Positions 9,227 to 19,543 of a stretch of DNA of 64,000 bases are shown here, one piece after another. Within the stretch, counting starts at the first letter, position 1; every line of letters starts with the position of its first letter. A program made the position numbers and the translations under genes. The DNA is taken from assembly GCA_046344715.1 (NCBI GenBank), contig JBKDKX010000006.1, positions 96,826 to 160,825 of the forward strand. Reading direction: 5' to 3'. The DNA comes from Alphaproteobacteria bacterium. GTDB lineage: Bacteria > Pseudomonadota > Alphaproteobacteria > Rickettsiales > SXRF01. The notes under the pieces are model-generated. The model was given only the letters and a program-made list of their open reading frames with translations, searched no databases and was not told the DNA's origin.

Positions 9227-10080
9227 GCGCAAAAATCATTGATGGCAAAGCCTTCGCCACAAAACTCCGCACTGATATTGCGACTCGCGTTGCCAAGCTG
9301 AAGGCGGAAAAAGGCATTACACCCGGCCTTGCCGTGGTGCTTGTGGGCAACGACCCAGCCAGTGAAGTGTACGTAAAAAGCAAAGGTAAACAGACGCTGG
9401 AAGCCGGCATGAATTCCTACGAATTCAAATTGCCGGAGACAACCACCGAGGCACAACTCCTTGAAAAAGTGCGTGAACTCAATAATAATCCACAGGTGCA
9501 TGGCATACTTGTGCAACTACCGCTTCCAAAACATATTAATGAAGATGCTATCATCAACGCCATCTCGCCAGATAAGGATGTGGATGGATTCCATGTGATC
9601 AATGCAGGACGCTTAGCAACCGGTCAGGAAGCCTTTGTGCCCTGCACACCGCTCGGCTGTTTAATGCTGCTGAAAGATACGGTTGGAAATCTCGCGGGTA
9701 AACACGCTGTAGTCATTGGCCGCTCCAACATTGTAGGCAAACCTATGGCAGCCTTGCTGCTCAAGGAAAGCTGTACCATTACCATTGCCCATTCCAAAAC
9801 CGCCAACTTGCCGGATGTGGTAAAACTCGCCGATATTGTAGTTGCTGCCGTTGGCCGCCCTGAGATGGTGAAAGGCGAGTGGCTTAAGCGCGGTGCCGTG
9901 GTGATCGATGTGGGGATAAACCGGCTAACCATGCCAGATGGCAAGACAAAACTGGTGGGCGATGTGGATTTTGAGAGCTGTTCAAAGGTGGCATCCGCCA
10001 TTACCCCTGTGCCCGGTGGCGTCGGCCCCATGACCATCGCCTGCCTGCTGGAGAATACGTTAAAGGCAGCAAATAAATAG
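9223..10080 (+). CDS. folD: Bifunctional methylenetetrahydrofolate dehydrogenase/cyclohydrolase
   Basis: 285 aa. KIIDGKA..., [34 protein letters not shown]. The start overlaps the upstream stop (ATGA). Confidence 0.9.
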   Translation: MSAKIIDGKAFATKLRTDIATRVAKLKAEKGITPGLAVVLVGNDPASEVYVKSKGKQTLEAGMNSYEFKLPETTTEAQLLEKVRELNNNPQVHGILVQLPLPKHINEDAIINAISPDKDVDGFHVINAGRLATGQEAFVPCTPLGCLMLLKDTVGNLAGKHAVVIGRSNIVGKPMAALLLKESCTITIAHSKTANLPDVVKLADIVVAAVGRPEMVKGEWLKRGAVVIDVGINRLTMPDGKTKLVGDVDFESCSKVASAITPVPGGVGPMTIACLLENTLKAANK

Positions 10081-10174
10081 AAATATCAGAATGTTGTATT
10101 GTTTAATCATACTGTAATATTCCGATTCCTACTCTATGCTACAATCATAAGGCAAACAAGGAGTATAAACAAAC

Positions 10175-10510
10175 ATGTCAAGACAGCACTCTCACGCTGA
10201 AGGCATATTGCCGCCAAACGTTCTAGACATCATAAGGCACTATGATGAACAGCTCGCTAAGGCCGATAAGAAGGCAGACGCTGAATACCCAACACGAATT
10301 AGTTGGAATGAGTTAGCCCAAGCTGCCGTGCGTTTAGCAAAAGATGATAAAACAGCGAATGGGTGGATTGCGGGTGGATCTATACGAAGGATCATTGAGG
10401 ATATGGAAGATCGCCTCCCAGCACATATCGATAAGCAAATCCTTACATCTTTTGTTGAAGATGTTGTGACGATATTGCAGGCAAAAGCTGTAGCAAGGCA
10501 GACGCCTTAA
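10175..10510 (+). CDS. Hypothetical protein (orphan)
   Basis: 111-aa ORF after an AT-rich spacer. Its stop abuts the stop of convergent mltG with no spacer. No recognised motifs. Confidence 0.4.
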   Translation: MSRQHSHAEGILPPNVLDIIRHYDEQLAKADKKADAEYPTRISWNELAQAAVRLAKDDKTANGWIAGGSIRRIIEDMEDRLPAHIDKQILTSFVEDVVTILQAKAVARQTP

Positions 10511-11500
10511 TCACTTCCCCTTCTTCTGCCCGCTCAGCACTTTCCGGTATTGCTGCACATAGGCGTTGTGCTGGCTGAGGGTTTCAGAAAAATTATGCCC
10601 TCCGGTGCCGGTGGCCACAAAATAGAGCTCCTTAGTATCCGGTGGATTTAATACCGCTTCAATAGATGCACGCCCGGGGTTGGCAATGGGTGCAGGCGGC
10701 AGGCCTGCATATACATACGTGTTATACGGTGAATCATATTGCAGGTCTTTTAGCGTTAATGCCTGCTTGAGTGGCCCTTTATCTTTTTCTACACCATACG
10801 CCACTGTGGGGTCAGATTGCAGCTTCATGCCCAACTTCAAACGGTTGACGAACACCGCCGCCACTCGTGGCCGCTCGGAGGCCACACCGGTTTCTTTTTC
10901 TACAATCGAGGCCAGCACCAATGCTTCTTCCACCGTGCGTACTGGCAGGTTTGCCTTACGCTTCGGCCAGACTTCTGCAAGCAATTCCTGCATGGCGGCC
11001 TGCATCCGCGCCACCACCTGTTGACGGGTGTCACCATAGGTAAAATGATAGGTTTCAGGCAGGAGCGTGCTTTCTTTTATGCCTTGTGGAACAGCGCCTT
11101 CCAGCACCGCTTCTTGCTGCAATAGTGCCATGATTTCCGGCACTGTGAGACCTTCCGGAAGTGTGATTTTGTGCACCACCACCTCACCGCTTGCTACCAT
11201 CTCCATCGCTAAACGTGGAGAGGTACCGGCGGGGAAAGCATATTCTCCGGCTTTGAATTTACGGCCATCACCCGTTGCCGCAGCAATAGCTTTGAACAGT
11301 AGCGGATGGCGTATAACACCTTTTTCCGCCATATGATCAACGATGGCCTGAAAGCCCATACCTTTTTTGAAAATGATGTTGGATGGTTCGGCAAGCGGGC
11401 CTGCGGCATCATAATAATATTTCGTGTAGGCAGCGGTTGCTGCACCAATCATTACCAATATTACAATGACTCTGGAAAATTTCTTCGCAGTCTGACGCAT
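10511..11500 (-). CDS. mltG: Endolytic murein transglycosylase (YceG-like)
   Basis: 329 aa. N-terminal TM segment and YceG-type LASIVEKETG...VFVNRL...LQSDPTVAYG. The start overlaps the fabF stop (TGATG). Confidence 0.85.
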   Translation of the reverse strand: MRQTAKKFSRVIVILVMIGAATAAYTKYYYDAAGPLAEPSNIIFKKGMGFQAIVDHMAEKGVIRHPLLFKAIAAATGDGRKFKAGEYAFPAGTSPRLAMEMVASGEVVVHKITLPEGLTVPEIMALLQQEAVLEGAVPQGIKESTLLPETYHFTYGDTRQQVVARMQAAMQELLAEVWPKRKANLPVRTVEEALVLASIVEKETGVASERPRVAAVFVNRLKLGMKLQSDPTVAYGVEKDKGPLKQALTLKDLQYDSPYNTYVYAGLPPAPIANPGRASIEAVLNPPDTKELYFVATGTGGHNFSETLSQHNAYVQQYRKVLSGQKKGK

Positions 11501-12756
11501 CAGACGCGCTTGAACACTACGGAAGCATTCGTGCCACCAAACCCAAACGAGTTGGAAAGCGCGGCATTCACTGTGCGCTGCTTTGCGGTGTGCGGCACGA
11601 GGTCAATGTCACATCCTTCGGATGGATCATCCAGATTGAGTGTCGGCGGCACCGTGTTATGCACGATGGAAAGCACGGCAAACGCAGCCTCAACCGCACC
11701 GGCTGCACCGAGCAGATGGCCGATGGCTGACTTGGTAGAAGACATAGAAATTGTATTCGCTGCATCACCAAACAGGCGCTTTACCGCACCAAGCTCGATT
11801 TCATCACCCAGCGGCGTCGATGTGCCGTGCGCATTTACATAATCAACATCGGATGGATTTAAACCCGCGCGATTCAATGCTGCCTGCATGGCGCGGAACC
11901 CGCCGTCACCCCCTGGGGCTGGCGCAGTGATGTGATACGCATCACCCGACAAACCATAGCCAACAATTTCAGCATAAATTTTTGCGCCGCGTTTTTTCGC
12001 GTGTTCATATTCTTCCAGCACCAATATGCCTGCACCCTCACCCATCACGAAACCATCCCGGCCTTTGTCCCACGGGCGGGAGGCTTTTTCAGGAGTATCA
12101 TTATAGGAAGTGGAAAGTGCGCGAGCAGCAGCAAAGCCTGCAAGGCCGATGCGGCAGATGGTTGCTTCCGCACCACCCGCCACCATGATATCCGCATCAC
12201 CAAACTGTATGAGGCGGGATGCATCACCAATGGCGTGTGCGCCAGTGGAGCATGCTGTTACCACGGAATGGTTCGGGCCTTTGAAGCCATATTTTATAGA
12301 TACCTGACCAGATGCCAGATTGATAAGACATGCCGGAATGAAGAATGGGCTCACACGGCGCGGGCCTTTTTCTTTCATCAGCAATACGGTTTCTTCAATA
12401 GCATTCAGGCCACCAATACCGGAGCCAATCATTACACCGGTGCGGAGCTTTTCTTCTTCGCTCAAAGAGGCAATGCCTGCATCTTCCACCGCTTCAGTCG
12501 CCGCGCCAAAAGCAAAATGGATGAAATCATCCATTTTCTTTTGCTCTTTAACTTCAATGTAATTATCGGCATTGAACTGGCCAGCTTCCAGCCCACGCGG
12601 CACTTGCCCCGCAATGCGCGCCGGAATGTCAGACACATCAATACGCGTAATGGCAGATAAGCCGGATTTAGACGCTATCAGATTATCCCACGTGGTTTTA
12701 ACCCCGCAACCCAGCGGTGTAACCAAACCCATACCCGTGATAACGACTCTTCTCAT
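11500..12756 (-). CDS. fabF: Beta-ketoacyl-ACP synthase II
   Basis: 418 aa. RRVVITGMGLVTPLG, active-site ACSTGAHAIG, HGTSTPLGD, NSFGFGGTNASVVF. Confidence 0.9.
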   Translation of the reverse strand: MRRVVITGMGLVTPLGCGVKTTWDNLIASKSGLSAITRIDVSDIPARIAGQVPRGLEAGQFNADNYIEVKEQKKMDDFIHFAFGAATEAVEDAGIASLSEEEKLRTGVMIGSGIGGLNAIEETVLLMKEKGPRRVSPFFIPACLINLASGQVSIKYGFKGPNHSVVTACSTGAHAIGDASRLIQFGDADIMVAGGAEATICRIGLAGFAAARALSTSYNDTPEKASRPWDKGRDGFVMGEGAGILVLEEYEHAKKRGAKIYAEIVGYGLSGDAYHITAPAPGGDGGFRAMQAALNRAGLNPSDVDYVNAHGTSTPLGDEIELGAVKRLFGDAANTISMSSTKSAIGHLLGAAGAVEAAFAVLSIVHNTVPPTLNLDDPSEGCDIDLVPHTAKQRTVNAALSNSFGFGGTNASVVFKRV

Positions 12757-12900
12757 AAGCGAGCCCTATGTAATGCCATTTGGAAATTCAATATAATGAG
12801 GCAAATGCAAGGCCGCGAGTATTTTTTAACCGGAGCGTACACATTAGTACGTGAGGATTCAAAAATACGAGCAACGCAGCAGTTGCCCATTAGATTGGAT

Positions 12901-13143
12901 TTAAGCCGCTTTAGCGTGGCTTTGGATGTAGCTTACTGCATCCTGAAGCGTCAGGATTTTTTCTGCCGCATCATCAGGAATTTCAATGTTGAATTCTTCT
13001 TCAAACGCCATAACCAGCTCTACGGTGTCGAGACTGTCTGCGCCAAGGTCATCAATAAAGCTTGCTTCTAAAACTGCTTTGGCTTCATCAACGCCGAGAT
13101 GTTCAACAACAATCTTCTTCACGCGTTCTGCAATATCACTCAT
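12901..13143 (-). CDS. acpP: Acyl carrier protein
   Basis: [19 protein letters not shown]...[19 protein letters not shown] (phosphopantetheine Ser in DSLD). I chose the ATG at 13143 because aagga lies 8 nt upstream. The track start at 13152 has no spacing for an SD. Confidence 0.9.
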   Translation of the reverse strand: MSDIAERVKKIVVEHLGVDEAKAVLEASFIDDLGADSLDTVELVMAFEEEFNIEIPDDAAEKILTLQDAVSYIQSHAKAA

Positions 13144-13314
13144 GGTGTTCATCCTTGATAGTTAATAATCTCAACGAGCCGCAGACAATAACCAACCTGC
13201 TTAAAACGTCAAGTGATTGATTGGAGGTAGCATAAGCGTCTGGGTTTGTGAAGGAAAAAAGGCATTTTGGATTGGGCATTAGTGGATTAGAGAATAAAAA
13301 AAATCCCTAATGCC

Positions 13315-14049
13315 TCACGCCATATACATCCCGCCGTTAATATGCAGCGTCTGGCCGGTGATGTAGGCGGCCTCATCGCTTGCCAGATATAATGCGCCCG
13401 CTGCAATTTCCGCAGCATTGCCCATGCGACCAAGCGGAATATTGTTGTTGATTTTTGCTTTCTGATCTTCGGTCAGTATTTCCGTCATGCTGGTAGCGAT
13501 GAAACCAGGAGCAATGCAGTTCACCGTAATCCCGCGCGATGCAATTTCCTGCGCGAATGATTTCGCCATGCCAGTGAGTCCTGCTTTACTCGCGCAGTAA
13601 TTCGCCTGCCCGGGGTTACCTGTGTGACCAACTACTGACGTAATATAAATGATGCGGCCATGCCTGCGTTTCATCATGCCTTTCATGCAGGCACGGGTGA
13701 GTTTGAAACTCGCGGTGAGATTTACATCCATCACCTGCTGCCATTCCTCATCTTTCATGCGCATGCTCAGATTATCCCGCGTGACACCGGCATTGCAGAT
13801 TAAAATATCCAGCCCACCGAGTTTTTCTTCCGCTTCTTTGATGAGGTTTTCCACCGTATCAAGCGCAGAGAGGTTGCACACAATAGGAATGCTTCCAGAA
13901 AGTTTCGCCGCTGCGCTTTGCAACTTTTCTGCATTGCTGCCGGAGATAGCAATGGTTGCGCCTGCATCATGCAGAGCTTTTGCGATTTCACCGCCAATGC
14001 CACCGCTTGCGCCAGTGATGAGTGCTTTTTTACCTGAGAGAGAGAACAT
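13315..14049 (-). CDS. fabG: 3-oxoacyl-ACP reductase
   Basis: 244 aa SDR. ALITGASGGIGGEIA, NAGVTRD, YCASKAG, and the C-terminal GQTLHINGGMYM. Confidence 0.9.
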   Translation of the reverse strand: MFSLSGKKALITGASGGIGGEIAKALHDAGATIAISGSNAEKLQSAAAKLSGSIPIVCNLSALDTVENLIKEAEEKLGGLDILICNAGVTRDNLSMRMKDEEWQQVMDVNLTASFKLTRACMKGMMKRRHGRIIYITSVVGHTGNPGQANYCASKAGLTGMAKSFAQEIASRGITVNCIAPGFIATSMTEILTEDQKAKINNNIPLGRMGNAAEIAAGALYLASDEAAYITGQTLHINGGMYMA

Positions 14050-14132
14050 AGAAACGTCCTTATCGATTGATTGCTATTTATATAACTCCAGAAATAGGAT
14101 AGGTCGTTACGAGACGCAAGCAAAGACCTTAA

Positions 14133-14609
14133 ATGAAATCAACAGATCTAAGAAACTCTCTAAAAGGAATCCTCTATCCATATCTTGAAAGCAAAGGCTT
14201 TACGAGAGACAAACAGCTGTCATCTCTTGATGTAGTGTTTAGAAAAACGCACGGTGACAAATTATATATATGTGAAATCCGGTGGGATAAATATCAGCGG
14301 CCAGCGTTCACAATAAGTACGGGTTATGGAAATATCACATCTGCCATGACAAAATGGGGATATGCCTCTCCGGCGGACATTATTGCAAATTCGCTTGAAT
14401 ATCACTGTTCACTTAATTCAGGCACAGGGGCATTCTGTCATTGGTTCACACAAAAAAACAGCCTGTGGCAACGCATATTGTTGAAGGGCAAATATCGCAG
14501 TGCTGATGAGGTTGTTTCGCAGTGCATGTCCCTGTTTAAAGAAATAGAAATATTTTGGGAGTCAGGAACACTTGGCCCGCACTGCCACACAATCCCCACT
14601 AATCGTTAA
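14133..14609 (+). CDS. Hypothetical protein, tentatively DUF4304-like, on the opposite strand between fabG and fabD
   Basis: 158-aa AT-richer ORF. The pattern LYPYLESKGFTRDKQ..VFRKTHGDKLYICEIRWDKYQRPAFTISTGYG resembles my memory of DUF4304 (GF.r....F.R.....i.fq.sky....f.i..G). Its stop overlaps the fabD stop (TTAA). Confidence 0.4.
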   Translation: MKSTDLRNSLKGILYPYLESKGFTRDKQLSSLDVVFRKTHGDKLYICEIRWDKYQRPAFTISTGYGNITSAMTKWGYASPADIIANSLEYHCSLNSGTGAFCHWFTQKNSLWQRILLKGKYRSADEVVSQCMSLFKEIEIFWESGTLGPHCHTIPTNR

Positions 14610-15547
14610 ACTTCCTGCTTAAGTGCCTCTAAATCAGCCGGCGTGCCAACATTCAGGCTTTGCATCTCCGGCGCATTGCGCTTGTTGAGGCCGGAGAGCA
14701 CTTTGCCAGCGCCGATCTCGATGGTGCGGGTGACGCCCTGGTTCCATAGATATTCAATGGATTCACGCCAACGCACCACGCCCGTTACCTGATCTACGAG
14801 TAATTGGCGGAGCATTTCAGGGTTGCTTTCTGCCTTAGCCGTCACATTCGCCACCAATGGCACGCATGGACTTGAGAATTTTGCGGTAGCCAGCGCTTCG
14901 GCCATCACGCCAGAGGCCGGAGCCATCAGCGCGCAGTGGAACGGCGCGCTTACATCGAGCAGCACGGCGCGTTTAATGCCTTTGGCCTTCGCAATTTCCA
15001 CAGCACGGTCGATTGCCACTTTCGCTCCACTAATCACCACCTGCCCTGCCGCATTATCATTCGCCACCGAACATATATCGCCTTGAGCTGCTTCCTTGGC
15101 CACCTCTTCCGCCTGTGCGAAATCCGCCCCAATGAGCGCTGCCATTGCGCCTAATCCTTTAGGCACTGCCTGTTGCATCGCCTTGCCACGCAGGCGAAGT
15201 AGGCGTGCCGTATCAGTAAGGCTCAATGCTCCTGCCGCGCATAGTGCCGAATATTCACCGAGAGAGTGGCCGGCCACGAATGCGGCTTGCGTTTTCACAT
15301 CAAACCCATGCTCGCGCTCCAGCACGCGCAGCACAGCAATCGAGGTTGCCATAATGGCCGGCTGGGCATTTTCGGTTGAGGTCAGGGCTTCCTGCGAGCC
15401 TTCAAAAATAACGGCGGAAAGCTTTTCGCCAAGTGCGGTATCTACCTCTTCAAATACTTCACGGGCACTGGCAAACTGCGCCGCCATATCCTTGCCCATA
15501 CCAACGACCTGAGACCCCTGACCGGGGAAAAGCAGTGCTTTTTTCAT
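14606..15547 (-). CDS. fabD: Malonyl-CoA-ACP transacylase
   Basis: MKKALLFPGQGSQVVGMG, active-site GHSLGEYSAL. The start is moved to ATG 15547 (aagga SD). The track start at 15580 adds 11 unsupported codons. Confidence 0.9.
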   Translation of the reverse strand: MKKALLFPGQGSQVVGMGKDMAAQFASAREVFEEVDTALGEKLSAVIFEGSQEALTSTENAQPAIMATSIAVLRVLEREHGFDVKTQAAFVAGHSLGEYSALCAAGALSLTDTARLLRLRGKAMQQAVPKGLGAMAALIGADFAQAEEVAKEAAQGDICSVANDNAAGQVVISGAKVAIDRAVEIAKAKGIKRAVLLDVSAPFHCALMAPASGVMAEALATAKFSSPCVPLVANVTAKAESNPEMLRQLLVDQVTGVVRWRESIEYLWNQGVTRTIEIGAGKVLSGLNKRNAPEMQSLNVGTPADLEALKQEV

Positions 15548-15740
15548 GTGTTTTCCTTTGTTAGCGCTTTGATTGTCCATAACATTCCGTTTAAGAGGCG
15601 GTCTTTGTAGCCTAAAGCCTTAGTTTTGGCAACAATTCCGCTTGCAATCAGGGGTAAAATGGCTATTAGTTATAGCCCTTTTTATCCACAGGCTGTTGCT
15701 CGTGGTAAAATATATATTACATTCAGGAGTTTATACCACT

Positions 15741-16133
15741 ATGGCTTTATACGAAAGTACATTCATCACCCGTCAGGATCTGTCACGTCAAGACGTGTCT
15801 AAGATCGCTGATACACTCGGTGCGATCATCGAGCAGGGCGGTGGCAAGATCGTAAAGAACGAGTATTGGGGCCTCAAAACCCTCGCTTACAAAATCAACA
15901 AGCATCGCAAAGGGCATTACAATATGCTAGCGATTGATACGCCTGCCGCTGCGCTCAATGAAATGCAGCGCAATATGGGCATCAATGAAGATATCGTGCG
16001 CTCACTCACCATCCGCGTGGACGAAATCGAAGAAGGCCCATCTGTACAGATGCAGCAAGCACGCGGCCGCGATGAATATACGCCTGCGGAAGCAGATGTT
16101 GTTGAAGCCATTGTAACTGACGAGGCATTGTAA
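15741..16133 (+). CDS. rpsF: 30S ribosomal protein S6
   Basis: [19 protein letters not shown]...[13 protein letters not shown] at 15741 with an aggag SD at 15725-15729. The track start at 15642 is an upstream artefact. Confidence 0.9.
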   Translation: MALYESTFITRQDLSRQDVSKIADTLGAIIEQGGGKIVKNEYWGLKTLAYKINKHRKGHYNMLAIDTPAAALNEMQRNMGINEDIVRSLTIRVDEIEEGPSVQMQQARGRDEYTPAEADVVEAIVTDEAL

Positions 16134-16134
16134 T

Positions 16135-16398
16135 ATGAGAGAGAACACCCAAAGAACCCAGGACGCAGGCGCAGGCCGTAAAGTATTTTTCCGCCGCAAA
16201 AAAACCTGCCCACTCACCGGCAACAACGCGCCAAAGATTGATTATAAAGACGTGAAACTGCTTTCACGCTTTGTGTCTGAGCGTGGCAAAATTTTGCCAT
16301 CACGCATCACTTCCGTGTGCCATAAAAAGCAGCGCGAACTGACCACTGCAATCAAACGCGCACGCAACCTTGCACTGCTTCCCTTCGTAACGAAGTAG
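16135..16398 (+). CDS. rpsR: 30S ribosomal protein S18
   Basis: 87 aa. [12 protein letters not shown]...[41 protein letters not shown]. Confidence 0.9.
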   Translation: MRENTQRTQDAGAGRKVFFRRKKTCPLTGNNAPKIDYKDVKLLSRFVSERGKILPSRITSVCHKKQRELTTAIKRARNLALLPFVTK

Positions 16399-16422
16399 GC
16401 AAGTCTACACTTCTTTATTTGA

Positions 16423-16464
16423 GGCCTCCGGTTTTTATGATACACCGGAGGCCTTATTATTTTG
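16423..16464 (+). terminator. Rho-independent terminator or attenuator after rpsR
   Basis: Perfect 9-bp stem ggcctccgg / ccggaggcc (16423-16431 and 16445-16453) followed by ttattattttg. Confidence 0.65.
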
Positions 16465-16469
16465 TGCAT

Positions 16470-17405
16470 ATGATTTCTAAACACACCATTGCTATATCAT
16501 TACTGCCTGCCCTTACCTCCTCCGGCATTTTCTTGTTAATGCTTGCTATTGGTCTGGGTTTTCCATTTCTGTTTTTATCGCTATTACCCATTTTTTCGGT
16601 TGGCTTCGGAAAAAACCCACGCCACGCGCTGGAAGCAACATTAATTGCATCTGTTGTGATTATAATGCTCACGGGTGCTTTATCACTCGGCGTGATGTTC
16701 GTTTTTTTTCTTGGCTTGCCGGCGTGGTACTTCTGCCACCTTGCACGCCACGCGCTACAGTTTGGCGAACATAAAATATGGTACCCCATCGGCAATATCA
16801 TGGCGCAGTTAAGCGTCTATGCCTGCGTACTTATTGGTATGGCCGTGGTATATTATGCGTCCGAAACCGGTGGCATTACCGCCGTGGTAAGCACCAAAAT
16901 CCGCGAAGCATTCACTGAAATGCCCGCCGAGTATGACACGATGGTGGATACCATCGCCAATCACTGGAACTTCCTGATTTTCTCTATGCTCGCCTGGATG
17001 TGGGGTGCCGCGCTCTATGGCCACGCATGGCTTGCAAACAGACGCCTCGTACAAACAGGCAAGGCACTACGTGACAGTTTAGCCGTCACCGTTTTTGCCA
17101 TGCCAGGCTGGATGCTTTATCTTTTGTTTGTTGCCGCACTTGCATCGCTTATTGGAAGCGAGTCCATGCAATTTGCTGGGAAATCCTGCTTCACTACCTT
17201 GCTGCTCCCTTATTTCTTCTTAGGCCTTGCCATTATACACCGCAGCTCTGCCCAGTGGCCAAACCGCCGTTTCTTCTTGTTTTTTATATATTTAATGATA
17301 GCCAGTCAGCTATGGATGATGGCCATCATTGCAGGAATTGGCTTTGTTAACCATCTCCTGCAAATCAATAAACGCTTGTCTTCCGGTCAGATTTCCCCTA
17401 AATAG
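16470..17405 (+). CDS. Multi-pass membrane protein (the conserved rpsR-rplI neighbour in alphaproteobacteria, DUF2232-like)
   Basis: Hydrophobic ORF of about 311 aa. The start is moved to ATG 16470 because the track start at 16419 lies inside the terminator hairpin. The family name is from memory of synteny only. Confidence 0.55.
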   Translation: MISKHTIAISLLPALTSSGIFLLMLAIGLGFPFLFLSLLPIFSVGFGKNPRHALEATLIASVVIIMLTGALSLGVMFVFFLGLPAWYFCHLARHALQFGEHKIWYPIGNIMAQLSVYACVLIGMAVVYYASETGGITAVVSTKIREAFTEMPAEYDTMVDTIANHWNFLIFSMLAWMWGAALYGHAWLANRRLVQTGKALRDSLAVTVFAMPGWMLYLLFVAALASLIGSESMQFAGKSCFTTLLLPYFFLGLAIIHRSSAQWPNRRFFLFFIYLMIASQLWMMAIIAGIGFVNHLLQINKRLSSGQISPK

Positions 17406-17475
17406 GCACTCCTTTTCCCGCCGCGGTGGCGCGATAAGTGTATGTAAAACCTCTTAGCTATAGCAGGAGAATGTC

Positions 17476-17934
17476 ATGGAAGTTATTTTATTAGAACGTA
17501 TTGCCCGCCTCGGCGGTATCGGTGACACCGTAAAAGTGAAAAACGGCTATGCCCGCAATTTCCTTATCCCTATGAAAAAAGCGCTGCGCGCTTCTGAAGC
17601 CAACAAAAAATTATTCGAAGCCCGCCGTGCAGAAATTGAAAAGCTGAATGCAGAAAATAAAGCAGCGGCCGAAGCTATTGCTGCAAAACTTGCTGGCAAA
17701 TCACTGACCCTCGTGCGTCAAGCCAGTCAGGAAGGCAAACTCTACGGTTCTGTTACGGTTCGTGATATTGCGGAAGCCCTCAAAGAAGCAGGACATGACG
17801 TGCCAAAAAGCCAGATCGTTATGACCTCTGCAATTAAGACCACCGGTGAGTACTCCGTACGCATCAACCTGCACGCCGAAGTGGTGGTAACGGTTGCTGT
17901 AAACATCTCCCGCCTCGAAGTAGAAGCGGCGTAA
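17476..17934 (+). CDS. rplI: 50S ribosomal protein L9
   Basis: MEVILLERIARLGGIGDTVKVKNGYARNFLIP. 152 aa, with an aggag SD upstream. Confidence 0.9.
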   Translation: MEVILLERIARLGGIGDTVKVKNGYARNFLIPMKKALRASEANKKLFEARRAEIEKLNAENKAAAEAIAAKLAGKSLTLVRQASQEGKLYGSVTVRDIAEALKEAGHDVPKSQIVMTSAIKTTGEYSVRINLHAEVVVTVAVNISRLEVEAA

Positions 17935-17954
17935 GTTAAAGAATAAGGAATAGG

Positions 17955-17980
17955 GAATCGAGTAAAGTATTACTCGATTC
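17955..17980 (+). terminator. Hairpin after rplI
   Basis: 11-bp stem gaatcgagtaa / ttactcgattc with a 4-nt loop, followed by tcaattctc (a weak T tract). Confidence 0.45.
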
Positions 17981-18046
17981 TCAATTCTCAGCTCCCAATT
18001 CCTCTATCCCTTGCCCACCTCAACAAACCCTGTTAGTTTGGGCGGC

Positions 18047-19537
18047 ATGGCACTTGCACTTTCCACATCATCAGAGACTATGTCTGCGACAGCAGAAGAT
18101 ATCGCCTATCGCCAACCACCTGCCAACATTGAAGCAGAGCAGGCGTTGCTTGGCGCGTTACTTGTAAATAACGAGGCACTTGCCCATGTGGGCGATAAAT
18201 TGCGCGCCGAACATTTCTTTGAGCCGCTGCATGCGCGCATCTTTGAAGCCATCCAGAAATTCCACGACAAGGGATTAATTGCAAACCCTGTAACCCTCAA
18301 GCATTTCTTTGATCAGGATGCGGCACTTGCTGATATTGGCGGCGGGGTATACCTAGCCAAGCTCGCTGCTGCTGCCGTGACTGTAATCAACATCTCTGAT
18401 TATGGGCATATGATTTATGATCTGGCACTCAAACGCCAGCTTATCCAGATTGGTGAAGACGTGGTGAATGCAGCCTATCTGCACCAGATGGATGAGCCTG
18501 CACAGCACCAGATAGAAGAAACGGAGCAGAAACTCTTCAATCTATCACTGGAAGGTTCTGGCGATAAAGGCTTCCGCGCTATCCGCCATTCTATCATCGG
18601 TGCGATAAAACATGCAGAATTCGCGCAGAAGCACGATGGCGTTATCGGCCTTACCACGGGATATATTGATCTCGACCGCATCCTTGGCGGTCTGCACCGC
18701 TCCGATTTATTGATTCTGGCTGGCCGACCATCCATGGGGAAAACCGCGCTTGCCACCAACATCGCCTATAATGCGTGCCTGAGCTTATACCAGAAGGCAA
18801 AAGAAAAAAATATTCCAATGAAGGAAGCGGGTTCCGTTGGGTTCTTCTCGCTGGAAATGTCAGCCGAGCAGCTCACCACGCGCTTGCTCTCTTCTGCCAG
18901 TGATTTGAATTCTTCCAACATCCATAATGGCCGCATCAGCAACGAAGAATTTACACAACTGGTACGCGCCAGCAATGAAATGAGTGCGATGCCATTCTTT
19001 ATCGATGACACGCCTGCCCTTTCTATTTCTGCACTGCGCACCCGCGCCCGCCGCTTAAAGCGCATGAATAACCTGCAACTGCTGGTGATTGATTATCTGC
19101 AACTGGCACGCGGCAGCAGTGTTATGTCGCAAAGTAACCGCGTACAGGAAGTATCGGAAATTACACAAGGGCTTAAGGCTATCGCCAAGGAACTGGATAT
19201 TCCGGTCATTGCGCTATCGCAACTTTCACGTCAGGTAGAAAACCGCGGCACCAAAGCACGTGACAAAATCCCGCAACTGGCCGACCTGCGTGAATCAGGC
19301 TCTATCGAGCAGGATGCCGACGTGGTGATGTTCATTTACCGCGAGGAATATTACCTCTCGCGCGAACAGCCGATGGAAGGCACGCCCGAGCACGCGACGT
19401 GGCAAACAGAAATGGATCGCGCCATGAATGTGGCAGAAGTCATCATCGCCAAACACCGTAACGGCCCGATTGATACTGCTCGCCTGCGCTTTGAGGGAAG
19501 ACTCACCAAATTTACCAATCTGGATGAGCATCACTAA
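18047..19537 (+). CDS. dnaB: Replicative DNA helicase
   Basis: PPANIEAEQALLGALL, Walker A GRPSMGKTALA, IDYLQL, and SQLSRQVENR...DLRESGSIEQDADVV. The track start at 18011 is a TTG. I prefer ATG 18047, and ATG 18081 is also possible. Confidence 0.9.
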   Translation: MALALSTSSETMSATAEDIAYRQPPANIEAEQALLGALLVNNEALAHVGDKLRAEHFFEPLHARIFEAIQKFHDKGLIANPVTLKHFFDQDAALADIGGGVYLAKLAAAAVTVINISDYGHMIYDLALKRQLIQIGEDVVNAAYLHQMDEPAQHQIEETEQKLFNLSLEGSGDKGFRAIRHSIIGAIKHAEFAQKHDGVIGLTTGYIDLDRILGGLHRSDLLILAGRPSMGKTALATNIAYNACLSLYQKAKEKNIPMKEAGSVGFFSLEMSAEQLTTRLLSSASDLNSSNIHNGRISNEEFTQLVRASNEMSAMPFFIDDTPALSISALRTRARRLKRMNNLQLLVIDYLQLARGSSVMSQSNRVQEVSEITQGLKAIAKELDIPVIALSQLSRQVENRGTKARDKIPQLADLRESGSIEQDADVVMFIYREEYYLSREQPMEGTPEHATWQTEMDRAMNVAEVIIAKHRNGPIDTARLRFEGRLTKFTNLDEHH

Positions 19538-19543
19538 CGCGCT

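Noticed and set aside
18047-19537. Possible intein or insertion in dnaB, given the 508-aa track length
   Set aside because: The excess length is explained by the upstream TTG start. The helicase motifs are contiguous, with no Cys/Ser...His-Asn splice-junction block.
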